IMG/VR virus record: IMGVR_UViG_3300028416_000004
Coordinates: 124,001 to 188,000 of that record
DNA: 64,000 bases
Direction: 5' to 3' (one strand)
Positions 46,218-56,737 of the stretch are shown piece after piece. Under the pieces are notes generated by a model. That model was given only the letters and a program-made list of their open reading frames with translations. It made no database searches and had not been told where the DNA came from. How positions within the stretch are numbered: the stretch's first letter is position 1; the number at the start of each line of letters is the position of its first letter. Made by a program: the position numbers and the translations under genes.

Positions 46218-47243
46218 ATGAGTTTAGATGGATTATCTGAAAATTTGAATATTATGGGAGGTCAATCTTCTGTGTTTGGAGATGCAACTCAAGGCAATAG
46301 GATAATATATTTGGGTAAAGTAATAAGTAATGAAGATGCTTCTAATATGGGAAGGCTTTTAGTTACTATAATAGATTTTGCTTCTGAAACTGGTATAGAA
46401 CAACCAGGTAAAGATAAAAATGATAATACTCCAAAAATGGCTTATCCATTAATACCTCAATTTGTAAATGTAATACCTAGAGTTGATGAATTAGTTTATG
46501 TATTTTTGGAAAACCCTAAAGACCAAAGTTCTAGAAGGTTTTATGCAGGACCAATTAGAAGTGTAAAAAAAGCTCAAACAGAATTTGAAAGTACTTCTTC
46601 TTCTAATGAATTATTTACTGTAAATACATTTTCTAGAGAAAATAAAAGTGTAGATGTACAAAATTTTATAATAAAAGATAATATTAGATTAGATGGTAAA
46701 AATAATGCTAATATTGCTCTAAAGCCTAGAGAAGTTTTAATTACTGCTGGAGGTTTAAAAGATAATAGTTTTGAAAAAAATGAAAAAACAGAATGTTATA
46801 TTCAAATAAAAGATAATTTAGAACAAACTCGTGAAAAAATAGCTCGTTCTTCTTTGGATATAAATCAAAATATAATTACTAGAGACTCTTTTTCTCAAGC
46901 TAACATTGTAGCATCCAATATAAATTTAATATCCTCAAATAAGTCTTCTAGAAAAAATAGAGCACTAGATGAAAATGGAAATCTAAAAGATTTATCTAAT
47001 GTTGAGATAAATACGAATCCAGATTTAGAAACTTATGGAGATTTAGCAAAAGAATTACATCCTTTAGTTTTAGGTGATGAATTGGTGAAACTTTTAAAGA
47101 TTATAATTAGATTTTGTTTAAATCATAAACATACACCACAAGAAAAACCTTATGCTACAGTAGAAGAAATAAATCTTTTAAATGAATATTTATCTGATGA
47201 AAAAATACAAGAAATTCTTTCAAAATCTGTAAGAACAAATTAA
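46218..47243 (+). CDS. Baseplate central spike (gp5/VgrG OB-fold-like)
   Basis: GKVISNED...GRLLV, AYPLIPQF..VIPRVDELVYV, C-terminal LVLGDEL...HKH. Confidence 0.7.
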   Translation: MSLDGLSENLNIMGGQSSVFGDATQGNRIIYLGKVISNEDASNMGRLLVTIIDFASETGIEQPGKDKNDNTPKMAYPLIPQFVNVIPRVDELVYVFLENPKDQSSRRFYAGPIRSVKKAQTEFESTSSSNELFTVNTFSRENKSVDVQNFIIKDNIRLDGKNNANIALKPREVLITAGGLKDNSFEKNEKTECYIQIKDNLEQTREKIARSSLDINQNIITRDSFSQANIVASNINLISSNKSSRKNRALDENGNLKDLSNVEINTNPDLETYGDLAKELHPLVLGDELVKLLKIIIRFCLNHKHTPQEKPYATVEEINLLNEYLSDEKIQEILSKSVRTN

Positions 47244-49099
47244 GTTGTTCTTATTTTTAAATCTGCATCAGGATATCTAACTTCAAACATTGATAAAGGC
47301 GTTGAATATATAGTGTTATCAATTAAATTTATTAAAGTCTTTCTTATGTTATTAGAAGCACTAGAAGGTAATAGAGTTGTAGGTCCACTAGCTTGAGAAA
47401 TTAAATTAGAAGAATATAATCCTCCATCTAAATTGTAAACTCTTATTCCAGAAACATTTATTACACCTGGAACTTCTCTTAGGATATCTGTTAATTGAGA
47501 AATATAAACATGTTGTCCCATATCCCAATTGTCAATATTAAAATAATCTTTTAATTGTTGCAAACAAGTTACTTTAACTTCATTACTATTAAAACTTTTA
47601 TCTGTAAGTAAATCTATTTCAAAAGATAAATTAACAACTTTTGCATCATTTATTTCTATAAAGTCATTGATAGCTCTATATTTAGAAAGATAGTTTACAA
47701 GATTATTTTTTAGTAAACTTAAAGAAGTTTCTGAAAGTTTTCCATTAGAATCTTTAGATAAAACATAAAGTTGAATTTTATTATCATTAACTCTTCCATT
47801 AATTCTAAAAGGAGCACCAAATTTGCCAGGTATCTGTTTTGCTCTTGCAATATAATCTTCAAGCGTTATACATCTTTCTTGAGCTGCAAAATTACTAGAT
47901 GCAGCATATCTAATTTCTTGAACATTAGGCAAACCTCGACCTCCTAATGCTGGAATAATATTAGTCCCTTTTGTTGAAGATAAGACAGAATCGTTAACTG
48001 TAGCATTAACTCCTTGTATTACAGCATTTATGTTTCCTATTTTATTTAAAACGTTTGTACCAACATTAGATTCTTCCCCGCCTCCTATTCTATATTTTAT
48101 AAATAGAGTAGAGTCAGCAGGTAATTTTTCACCTAAAGAAGTATTATTTAATATTCTTTCATAACTAACTTGATTAGCACTATTTAATGCTAGACTATTT
48201 AAGTATTCAGCATATGCATTAACATTTGGTGTACCACCTCCAAAAGTTAATTTACAAGAACCATCTGATAAAAATTCTTTTGTAAATCTTCTATTTACTT
48301 CAACCCATCTCCCATAAGAAAAAGAACCAGTAGAAACCCCAGTATCTTCTAAGAAGATTTCATCTTCAGCTAAGTGGTCTACTTCGTAATATTTGTAATC
48401 AAAATTTTTATAATCAGTATATGTTGGAGGAATGTTTATGTTAGTTCCTGGAAGAACTATAACATCTAAAATTTCTAAAATATTAGTTTGTGATAAAAAC
48501 ACCTCTAAAAATTCTGTTTCAGAATCTTCATCTGTGATAATTTTTTGTAAAGTTGTAGTTATACCAGCAACTGCAAATTCTCTTTTTGTGATATTATATC
48601 CTAATATATTTTGTGAAGCATCAAAAATTGGATTTATAATTCTATTAGTAACACCAGTTTCAGAAAAATCACTTGAAAAATCAACTTGATTAACAGTTTC
48701 AAAAGATTGGCCATTCCCATCAAATCTAACTCCAGGTCTATAAATAGGCAAATATTGTTCGTCTGGTCCTGTAGAAATAGCTGGAACTCTAATAGTTATA
48801 TCGACAAGAGTGGAGCTACCTCTAACTCCAGGTACTTTGTATCCTAAAGTTTTAGCTAATCTATAAGCTGAAGAAATTTCACTAACTCCATCTAAAAATA
48901 ATTCATTAAATCTTTTATCTGTATAATAAGATAATAAATCAGAAACATAAGCAAGTAAGTCTACTAAAGCCATACCAGCACTTGTCACATTGAAATCTTG
49001 CCATTGTTTTGGAAAATAAACTTTTAAAACTTTTTCTATATCTTCTCTTATAGTGTTAAAATCTCTTTTAAGATAATCCTGCTTTTTTAATACTGGCAT
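47240..49099 (-). CDS. Baseplate wedge protein (T4 gp6-like)
   Basis: RDFNTIR, DLLAYVSDLLSYY.D, LA.TLGY, YRIGGG..SN, AQERCIT.EDY. Confidence 0.9.
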   Translation of the reverse strand: MPVLKKQDYLKRDFNTIREDIEKVLKVYFPKQWQDFNVTSAGMALVDLLAYVSDLLSYYTDKRFNELFLDGVSEISSAYRLAKTLGYKVPGVRGSSTLVDITIRVPAISTGPDEQYLPIYRPGVRFDGNGQSFETVNQVDFSSDFSETGVTNRIINPIFDASQNILGYNITKREFAVAGITTTLQKIITDEDSETEFLEVFLSQTNILEILDVIVLPGTNINIPPTYTDYKNFDYKYYEVDHLAEDEIFLEDTGVSTGSFSYGRWVEVNRRFTKEFLSDGSCKLTFGGGTPNVNAYAEYLNSLALNSANQVSYERILNNTSLGEKLPADSTLFIKYRIGGGEESNVGTNVLNKIGNINAVIQGVNATVNDSVLSSTKGTNIIPALGGRGLPNVQEIRYAASSNFAAQERCITLEDYIARAKQIPGKFGAPFRINGRVNDNKIQLYVLSKDSNGKLSETSLSLLKNNLVNYLSKYRAINDFIEINDAKVVNLSFEIDLLTDKSFNSNEVKVTCLQQLKDYFNIDNWDMGQHVYISQLTDILREVPGVINVSGIRVYNLDGGLYSSNLISQASGPTTLLPSSASNNIRKTLINLIDNTIYSTPLSMFEVRYPDADLKIRTT

Positions 49100-49117
49100 A
49101 TTGTGTTTGTTTAATTA

Positions 49118-49504
49118 TTAAAATTCTCTTGGTATATTTAGTGTTACAGAATCTGTAACTCCAAAGAAAGTGTTTATTTTAAATACTATTTCTATTGTTA
49201 ATAAATTAGTTTCTTCTTGTTCTGTGAAAAAAATTTTTACTATTGTTATTTGAGGAATAAATTCAGCAACCTTTTCTTCAATATCTTTTTGTAGTTCAGA
49301 TTTTGTAAAATCATCCAATGGCTCCATAATATAGTCGTATATTGGTGAAAAAAGAGTACTTCTCATAGGTCTTTGCCCTCTTCTTGTTGTCAATAAAGAA
49401 ATTAAATCAGCCTTTAAAGCTTGTTCAGTTGTTTGGTTAGTATCAAATATACCACCTGTTGTTGTTTCTTTAAAAGGAAATTTAATATTTATACTATTAG
49501 CCAT
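49118..49504 (-). CDS. Baseplate wedge protein (T4 gp25-like)
   Basis: INIKFPF, LKADLISLLTTRRGQRPM, YIMEP, FIPQI. Confidence 0.9.
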   Translation of the reverse strand: MANSINIKFPFKETTTGGIFDTNQTTEQALKADLISLLTTRRGQRPMRSTLFSPIYDYIMEPLDDFTKSELQKDIEEKVAEFIPQITIVKIFFTEQEETNLLTIEIVFKINTFFGVTDSVTLNIPREF

Positions 49505-49628
49505 TATGTTTTTTTATTATAAATAGTAAAGTCAAAAAAATTAAAGACTTTTTTAATGCACTATTTATGTTATATATAATAAATACTAATTAATATATAT
49601 AATTTAAAATAAAAATAAACTATAAAAT

Positions 49629-51035
49629 ATGGGAAGACTTAGAATTTATCCTGACAAAAATAACACAATAGCTTCTGGTTATTTCGAAAACTTTAACTCT
49701 GCCTATAATCCAGGTACTATATTGTGGTATGGGGGGTCTGGATTAAGAAATAGTATATCTAAATTTTTGATTCACTTTGATTTAGAAGAATTAAAAAATA
49801 AATTAAATTCTAAGGAGATAAATTCTGATTACATCTCTTCTTATAGACTTAAGATGACAAATGTAGTTCCAGACGGAAAATTGTTAGAAAGTGATTTTGA
49901 ATTTGCTAGATTGGACAAAAAAATAGCTTCTTCTTTTGATTTAATCGCTTTTCCTGTCAATAAAGAATGGGATGCTGGTAGAGGTTATGATTTAATGGGT
50001 CAAGAATATATAAAAACTACAAAAGGCGATACAAATTTAACTGGCTATTCAAATTGGAATCAAGCAACATCTATTACTTCTTGGGATGAGCCAGGAATTT
50101 TTATAAATCCTACAGCTTCAACAACTAATTATTCTATTCAACATTTTGATGTTGGAGACGAAGATTTAGATTTAGATATAACTAATATCGTAAAAGATTG
50201 GCTTAGTGGAGGTTCTGAAAATTATGGTTTAGCAATTTCTTATACAAGAGATTATGAATTAATTTCAGGATACACTAGGTATATGTCTAGATTTTATACT
50301 AAGCACACTAATACAGCTTTTAAACCTTATATGGAAATTGTGTATGACAATCAAATAATAAGAGATGATAGATTAAGAGTAGCAAATAATAGAACTTCTA
50401 GGTTATTCTTAAATTTATTTAGTGGAAATACATCGGCTAATTATTTTTCTGCTGGAACTGTTTCTATAAAAAACTCTGCTAATCAAGATGTTATAACTGG
50501 ATTAACGCCAAACCAATTAACAAAAGGTGTGTATTATGTAGATGTTTTAATGACAGGTGCAACAAAAAATCAAATTTATAAAGATGTGTGGAATGATATA
50601 ACATTTTCCCCAGGCATTGACAAACAATCTTTTGAACAAAAATTTCATATTTTAGGTAATTATTATACTAATTTTCCAAAAGAAATTAATCAATATGTAG
50701 TTGAGTTATATGGAATATCTAATAATCAAATTCTTAAAAAAGGAGAATTGATAAGAATATATGCAGAAACTAGAGTTGAATATAGTACAAAAACTCCTAA
50801 TGAATATTATGGTTTAGAATATAGATTAATCCATAATGAAATTACAGAAGTTATACCTTGGTCTTCTTTCAATTCAATAGTAATAGATGGTTGCACTAAA
50901 GAATTTATTGATTTAGACACTTCTTGGCTTTTATCTAATCAAAATTATAAGATTGAATTAAGAGTAAATGAACTAGGAACTAAAAGAGTATTGGATGAAA
51001 CGGTTTATTTTAAGATTTTCAATGAAAGAAATTAA
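49629..51035 (+). CDS. Virion structural protein
   Basis: KNNTI, SKFLIHFDL, W..G.GYD, DL.LDIT..V..W, FYTKHTNT.FKPY.E; baseplate-adjacent. Confidence 0.6.
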   Translation: MGRLRIYPDKNNTIASGYFENFNSAYNPGTILWYGGSGLRNSISKFLIHFDLEELKNKLNSKEINSDYISSYRLKMTNVVPDGKLLESDFEFARLDKKIASSFDLIAFPVNKEWDAGRGYDLMGQEYIKTTKGDTNLTGYSNWNQATSITSWDEPGIFINPTASTTNYSIQHFDVGDEDLDLDITNIVKDWLSGGSENYGLAISYTRDYELISGYTRYMSRFYTKHTNTAFKPYMEIVYDNQIIRDDRLRVANNRTSRLFLNLFSGNTSANYFSAGTVSIKNSANQDVITGLTPNQLTKGVYYVDVLMTGATKNQIYKDVWNDITFSPGIDKQSFEQKFHILGNYYTNFPKEINQYVVELYGISNNQILKKGELIRIYAETRVEYSTKTPNEYYGLEYRLIHNEITEVIPWSSFNSIVIDGCTKEFIDLDTSWLLSNQNYKIELRVNELGTKRVLDETVYFKIFNERN

Positions 51036-51089
51036 AATTCATTGACTTTTTTATTAAATTCCTTAAAATAACAATTATAAATATTCCAA

Positions 51090-54053
51090 ATGGCAGATAT
51101 TATAAAAAAAATAAAAACCAATAAAGATGTAAATGTAATAACTTACTTTACGACAGTTGATGCGAGTTCAAAAGAAATTTTTGAAAAACTCAAAAATATT
51201 TCCAGTTTACCAACTATAAATAGACAACTTAGAATTTGGGATACTATACAACAACAAGGAAAAGAAGCTTATGCAATAAAAGGAGCAAATAATAAAGTTG
51301 TTGAATTGTTAGAAATGGTAGATGGTTCTTATTGTAAAAGAATACCTTTAACTAATGAATTTAAATTTTTATCTGAAGATGAAGAAAAGAATGTAGTTAA
51401 AGGTAAAGTTTTTTATGCAAAACAAGATTATGTAAGACCATTAAAGAATGAAACTGTTGAAGAATTTATAGAACAAGCAATAGCTTACTCTGGAAATTCA
51501 GCATATTCAAATGTTTTTAATACAATTCAAAAAAAAACAGATTACTATGCTGACATAACTTTAAAAAGGAGTATAGATACACTCGATACTTTAAATGTCA
51601 AAAATAATCTTTTATCTGAAGTACCAACTCAAGAGTCAGACACTGGTGTTGTATGTGGAACTTTAGTAGCTAGACAAAAAGTTTTAGATGAAAATGGAGA
51701 AAGAGCTTTAATTCCTTTGGCAAATGTTCCAATAGTTATTTTTAATCCTTCAGAAGAATTTCCTACATATACTTCTCAGGATGAAAATGGCAATAGAATA
51801 ACTTTGAATGTCATACAAAATTCAGAACCAGAAGATTATTCAGATTTAAACTCTTATGTTTTAGATGTAGGTGTAGATAAGGCAAGAGAAGCTTTAGGGA
51901 GTAATGATGTTGGAGAGGAGTTTGATGGATTGAAACCTTTGTTAAAATCTGTTGAAAGTTTAAATTTACCTGAACATTATAAATATTCAACTATTACAAA
52001 TGAAAAAGGAGAATTTGTAATTCATGATGTACCTACTGGAAATCAAGTTTTATTATTTGAAGTAGATTTATTAAAACAAGGGATGAATAAAAGTGAAGTC
52101 GCCTTAAATTTCTTCCCATACACTAATGAAGAATTACCTAACATAGATAATGTACCTCATTTTTATTATAGGCAAATTCCAATCTCTGTAGTTTCTTCTT
52201 GGGGCGAATTTCAAACTGGATTTACTGAAGTGAATATAACTTCTAATTTAGATATGAGAAAATGGTCTACTTTTTATGTATCTCCCATTTCTGTTGAAGA
52301 TAATAATTTAGAAGAACTTTTTGCTTTAGGTAATTTTAGTAGATTAAATATTTTAGCTAAAGATATGACTAAAGAAGGATATCCTTTAACTACAGAAATA
52401 GTAGAAGTGGATGATATTTTTTCTAGAGTTGAAAATCAAAGATTAGAGTGGTTTAATGAAAATAAATTTACTAAGTCACAGATTAATTTTAGTAAAAATA
52501 ATTTTCAAACTTTTAAACTACCTGCTAATCTTTATGACCCAAATGGAATATCATCTAAAGATGGTGGAAGAACTAAATTAAATTCTAAAAAAGGTGTTTG
52601 GTTATGTTCTTATCAAATGAAAATGTATTACGAAGGAAATCCAGATGTTTATCGAACAACTGGATTTTTAAGAGATAAATTAGAAGAAAATGCTGTTCAT
52701 TCAAGTCATTTTGATGCTAATAGAGGTGTAGACTCTAATCCTTCTTCTGCTACTGGCAACGGATACAATACTTCTATCAACACTTTTCCATATGAAAGAA
52801 CTTGGACAATAAATTACCCAGAACCTTATAAAATACCTTCACTACCTATAGAATATAATGAAAAAGACTTCAATAATCAAGTTGAGCCTAGATATTTAGA
52901 TGGTGATTTAGCTGGGTTTTATTATGGTCAAGAAGAATCAACAGGGTATGGACTTATGACTCCCTTAGAAGGAGGTGATGCTATATATAATAAATTTTCA
53001 CAGACGATTACTAAAAGTAGAATATATAAATATGAAACAGATGTTTCTTGGCATGAAGAATATTCAAATGGATTTAGAAAATCACAACACTCTAATCTTT
53101 TTCAAGGTAAACATTTTACTGTAAAAAGTGGAGAAAAGTATCAAAGAATAGAATGTGGATTTGCTTATTGGTTAAAACCAGAAGGTTGGGGTAGAATTAA
53201 TAATCAAGGTTGGGGTGATATTATGTTAAATTCAGATATTAATTCAAATTATTCATCTTCAGACAATAAACTTATACCTCAATCTTATATAGGTGCAAAT
53301 TATAGACAGAGTGAAAATTTATTATTAAAAATGGATAGCTCAATTTCTCCTTCATGGTTAAGACAAGGTGCTATTGATTTTTATAGAATTGTAGATGATT
53401 CTCCTCAATTTTTAGAAGAAAAAATACCATCACCAATTAAAAAGTATGGCAAAGTTGTAATTGAAAATATCTACACCAATAGAGAAAAGGCTATCTCTAG
53501 GCTTGAATTACGAATAAGTAATAAAAAAAACTATAGAATGAGAATTTCACAAAATTCTGTTATTGAAATAACAAATAATGGTGCCATAAAATCTGAAATA
53601 ACAGTTAATGGTGATAAGAGACAAGTTGAACCAAAAAAATCTATCTCTTTTAATGTTGCATCTTATACTGAAATTACATTTACTTCAAATTTAGATTATG
53701 ATATTCAAAAAAATTCTTATGATACTTGTAATTATACATTTAAGTTTAAAAATAGTGAAATTAAGAAAGTAGACACTATAATTTATGATTATTATAACTT
53801 TACCTTAACAGCTGGTGAACAAACTCAAATACCAACTAGATATTTAGTTACGACAGTATATAGTGCTGAAGGTAATGTAAAAATCAAGAAAAAAGGAGTT
53901 AAGAAGTGTAAAAAAACATTCAATCAAGCAGGCACATATCAGATTAATGGTTTGATTTTTGAAAAAACTAAATCTTCATCAGCATTAAGCTTCACTTCAT
54001 CACGAGTAGGTCATGATTGTGCTGATGGTGGTATTAAAATTTTGAGAGTTTAA
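51090..54053 (+). CDS. Large virion/baseplate protein
   Basis: 987 aa; GVVCG, YKYSTITNEKGEFVIHDVPTG (Ig/carboxypeptidase-regulatory-like). Confidence 0.55.
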   Translation: MADIIKKIKTNKDVNVITYFTTVDASSKEIFEKLKNISSLPTINRQLRIWDTIQQQGKEAYAIKGANNKVVELLEMVDGSYCKRIPLTNEFKFLSEDEEKNVVKGKVFYAKQDYVRPLKNETVEEFIEQAIAYSGNSAYSNVFNTIQKKTDYYADITLKRSIDTLDTLNVKNNLLSEVPTQESDTGVVCGTLVARQKVLDENGERALIPLANVPIVIFNPSEEFPTYTSQDENGNRITLNVIQNSEPEDYSDLNSYVLDVGVDKAREALGSNDVGEEFDGLKPLLKSVESLNLPEHYKYSTITNEKGEFVIHDVPTGNQVLLFEVDLLKQGMNKSEVALNFFPYTNEELPNIDNVPHFYYRQIPISVVSSWGEFQTGFTEVNITSNLDMRKWSTFYVSPISVEDNNLEELFALGNFSRLNILAKDMTKEGYPLTTEIVEVDDIFSRVENQRLEWFNENKFTKSQINFSKNNFQTFKLPANLYDPNGISSKDGGRTKLNSKKGVWLCSYQMKMYYEGNPDVYRTTGFLRDKLEENAVHSSHFDANRGVDSNPSSATGNGYNTSINTFPYERTWTINYPEPYKIPSLPIEYNEKDFNNQVEPRYLDGDLAGFYYGQEESTGYGLMTPLEGGDAIYNKFSQTITKSRIYKYETDVSWHEEYSNGFRKSQHSNLFQGKHFTVKSGEKYQRIECGFAYWLKPEGWGRINNQGWGDIMLNSDINSNYSSSDNKLIPQSYIGANYRQSENLLLKMDSSISPSWLRQGAIDFYRIVDDSPQFLEEKIPSPIKKYGKVVIENIYTNREKAISRLELRISNKKNYRMRISQNSVIEITNNGAIKSEITVNGDKRQVEPKKSISFNVASYTEITFTSNLDYDIQKNSYDTCNYTFKFKNSEIKKVDTIIYDYYNFTLTAGEQTQIPTRYLVTTVYSAEGNVKIKKKGVKKCKKTFNQAGTYQINGLIFEKTKSSSALSFTSSRVGHDCADGGIKILRV

Positions 54054-54068
54054 TTTTAAAAAAAACTA

Positions 54069-56396
54069 ATGAAAGATAAAATAAAAATATTATTAGGTGA
54101 AAAAGATGTTTTTCCTCAAGTAAATAAAGATGTTTATATAAATTTAGAAATTTATAATTCACCTAATGAAATTAAAAAAGAGTTAGTTAATAATGACTTT
54201 AATGTAAGAGAACAATTTAACAAAGAAAGAAGAGAATCTTTGAGATTTTGTATATATGGAACCTTAAATTCAATCTTTTCTGATACCAACAATTTATCGA
54301 TAGAAATAAAAACTAATCATGAAGATTTGTTGTTTAGCCCAAGAATAGAACCTAATGCTAAATCTTCTGTTACACATAAAGTGTTATCAGCACCTTTATC
54401 AAAAAATAATAATTTATCTAAAAATATATTTAAAAAAAATAAAAGTTGTTTTAATTTTTTGTTTGAAATTAGCCCTGATATAAATAATTATGGAGAAACT
54501 AAAGTTTTAGAAGTTAAAATTATTGATGAGGAAAAAAATATTTTTGCCAATTTTGAGATACCATTTTTATTTTTCGATTCTGAAGGTAATTTTATTGATT
54601 TTGGTACAGAAACAGTTGATATAGATATAGACGGTAATGAACAAGTTGTAGAAAATGATTTTCCTTTTTTTTATGGAACTCATTGGATAAAACAAGAATT
54701 TAGTCTATCTAAACCCCTCAAAATATCCCTAGTTAAATCTGAATTTGATAATTTAAATAATTTAACTGTAAACGAAAGAACGGGTGAAGTAAAGTTTTAT
54801 GCTAAATTAGAAACGCCTAGTTTATATGGGGTTGAAGAGGCTGAAATTTATATAGAAAGAGATGAGACTTTAAAAGACCCAAATGAAGATTTTGTTTTTG
54901 AAAATCAAATTTTAAAATGGGAAAAAGGAGAACAATTTAAAGAAGTTAATCTACAAGTTTTAGATGATTTATTTACGGAGGAAGATGAAAGAATTATTTT
55001 TGGTATTAAAAATCTAAAATATTCAGAAAAAGATATTAATTCTAATTTTGAATTAATCATAAAAAATGATGATTTACCATCTCCTATAGGGTTTGAAAGT
55101 AAGCAATTTGAAATTACTTCTGGAGATAAATTGAATATATCATTAGAAGCAGACACTCCAATAAAAGGTATTAATCAAACTATAGATTTAATTTTAGATG
55201 ATGTTAATAGTACAATAATAATAGGAGAGGACATAGAGAATACTGGTACTATTGAAGACCCAGAATTTAGAAAGACCATACTTTTAAAAGAAGGTTTAGA
55301 TTTATTTGAAATAGAAATAGATATAAAAGAATATTTTAATTATGGATTAGATAAAAAAGCTATTTTTAAATTAGAAAATCCTACTCAAAATATTAAAGTA
55401 AAAGATAATTTAAAACAACTTAATTTAACTGTAAAAGATAAATCAGTAAAAAGATATACTACATACAAAATAGATAATGACCCTTTAAGAGGTCAAGGTA
55501 TATTTAGATTGTCATACCCTAGTCCTAAATTAGTGGGGGCTCCAATATCTTTTGCTAATACGAATCTGTATTCTCAATATAATGTAACTAACAACTTTAC
55601 TTATAAAATTAATATTATAAACGAAGGAGAAATTGTTTTATATGATAATAAATTAATTAATCCTGGGGAGGTTGTTACAAGTATAAGTTCAAGTGATGGA
55701 TTTCAAAACTTTGAGTTTACATTACCTTCTAATTATTCTTTTGATAAACAAAATGTTTTTTATGAAAAATCAAAATATAAGTTTGTAATAACAGATATAG
55801 AAGATTCTTCTAAAATACAAGTTATAAAAAATGATTACATAACTTTCGCAGATGTTAATATAGATTCTCAAGCATTAGATTCTTCACTTGATTTTTCTGG
55901 TAAAACTTATTATTTAACTTCAGAAATTTTAAAAATAAAAACTAGATTAGATTTAAATGGTGATTTAAAAAGTGAAAAGGCAATTTATGATATAATCAAT
56001 AACGCTAAGATTAACACAAGTGATAATTTAACTGTAATTAAGCAAAAATTAAGAGATGCAGGTTATTATAAAAAAAATACGTTTACATTTTTGAATAATA
56101 AATTTGATGAAAATAAAATAACTTCCACAGCAAATAGTATATTGAATTTTATTAGTAAATATCCAACCTTTGAAATACCTAACTTTTTTACTCCTTCAGA
56201 TGAAATTAGTAGTTTCTCTATAGATTGCAAAATAAATGGTTTATTAATATTAAGTAAATTATTTAGCAAAACATCAGCAGTTACTAAAGTTAATAATATT
56301 AAATTTGAAGAAAATCCTATAAAATATACTTATTTTAAAGAAGTAGATGGTAGTAATTATACATTAATGCCAGTAGAACCATTAAATAATTATTAG
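54069..56396 (+). CDS. Virion protein with Calx-beta-like repeats
   Basis: FNKER.ES..F.IYG; LKWEKGEQFKEVNLQVLDD...EEDE and LKEG...FEIEI Calx-beta-like segments. Confidence 0.55.
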   Translation: MKDKIKILLGEKDVFPQVNKDVYINLEIYNSPNEIKKELVNNDFNVREQFNKERRESLRFCIYGTLNSIFSDTNNLSIEIKTNHEDLLFSPRIEPNAKSSVTHKVLSAPLSKNNNLSKNIFKKNKSCFNFLFEISPDINNYGETKVLEVKIIDEEKNIFANFEIPFLFFDSEGNFIDFGTETVDIDIDGNEQVVENDFPFFYGTHWIKQEFSLSKPLKISLVKSEFDNLNNLTVNERTGEVKFYAKLETPSLYGVEEAEIYIERDETLKDPNEDFVFENQILKWEKGEQFKEVNLQVLDDLFTEEDERIIFGIKNLKYSEKDINSNFELIIKNDDLPSPIGFESKQFEITSGDKLNISLEADTPIKGINQTIDLILDDVNSTIIIGEDIENTGTIEDPEFRKTILLKEGLDLFEIEIDIKEYFNYGLDKKAIFKLENPTQNIKVKDNLKQLNLTVKDKSVKRYTTYKIDNDPLRGQGIFRLSYPSPKLVGAPISFANTNLYSQYNVTNNFTYKINIINEGEIVLYDNKLINPGEVVTSISSSDGFQNFEFTLPSNYSFDKQNVFYEKSKYKFVITDIEDSSKIQVIKNDYITFADVNIDSQALDSSLDFSGKTYYLTSEILKIKTRLDLNGDLKSEKAIYDIINNAKINTSDNLTVIKQKLRDAGYYKKNTFTFLNNKFDENKITSTANSILNFISKYPTFEIPNFFTPSDEISSFSIDCKINGLLILSKLFSKTSAVTKVNNIKFEENPIKYTYFKEVDGSNYTLMPVEPLNNY

Positions 56397-56414
56397 TGAG
56401 ATATATTTATATAT

Positions 56415-56735
56415 ATGAAAGAGACTTATCAATATAAAATAAGATTAAATGTCACTCCTTTTGGGGGAATAAAAACTAGTACTGGTTTAATTTCAGATGC
56501 TTATGATAAAGACTTTTATATAAATATCCCAGTATACAAGACACATAATTTAGAGGGATATGTAAATGTTGACATTGACCCGTCAAGAGCTACTATGGAA
56601 AGACAATTTATAAATCCTTTTTTTATAGAATTAGGTTTTTTTGAAAATGTAGAATCAGTATTGAGTTCAAATACAAGTTCCGACAATTCCATACAAATTA
56701 AAGCTCAAAATTACGGAATAGATATTAATAAATAA
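56415..56735 (+). CDS. Hypothetical (likely virion) protein
   Basis: 106 aa; late-type motif just before the ATG. Confidence 0.55.
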   Translation: MKETYQYKIRLNVTPFGGIKTSTGLISDAYDKDFYINIPVYKTHNLEGYVNVDIDPSRATMERQFINPFFIELGFFENVESVLSSNTSSDNSIQIKAQNYGIDINK

Positions 56736-56737
56736 AA

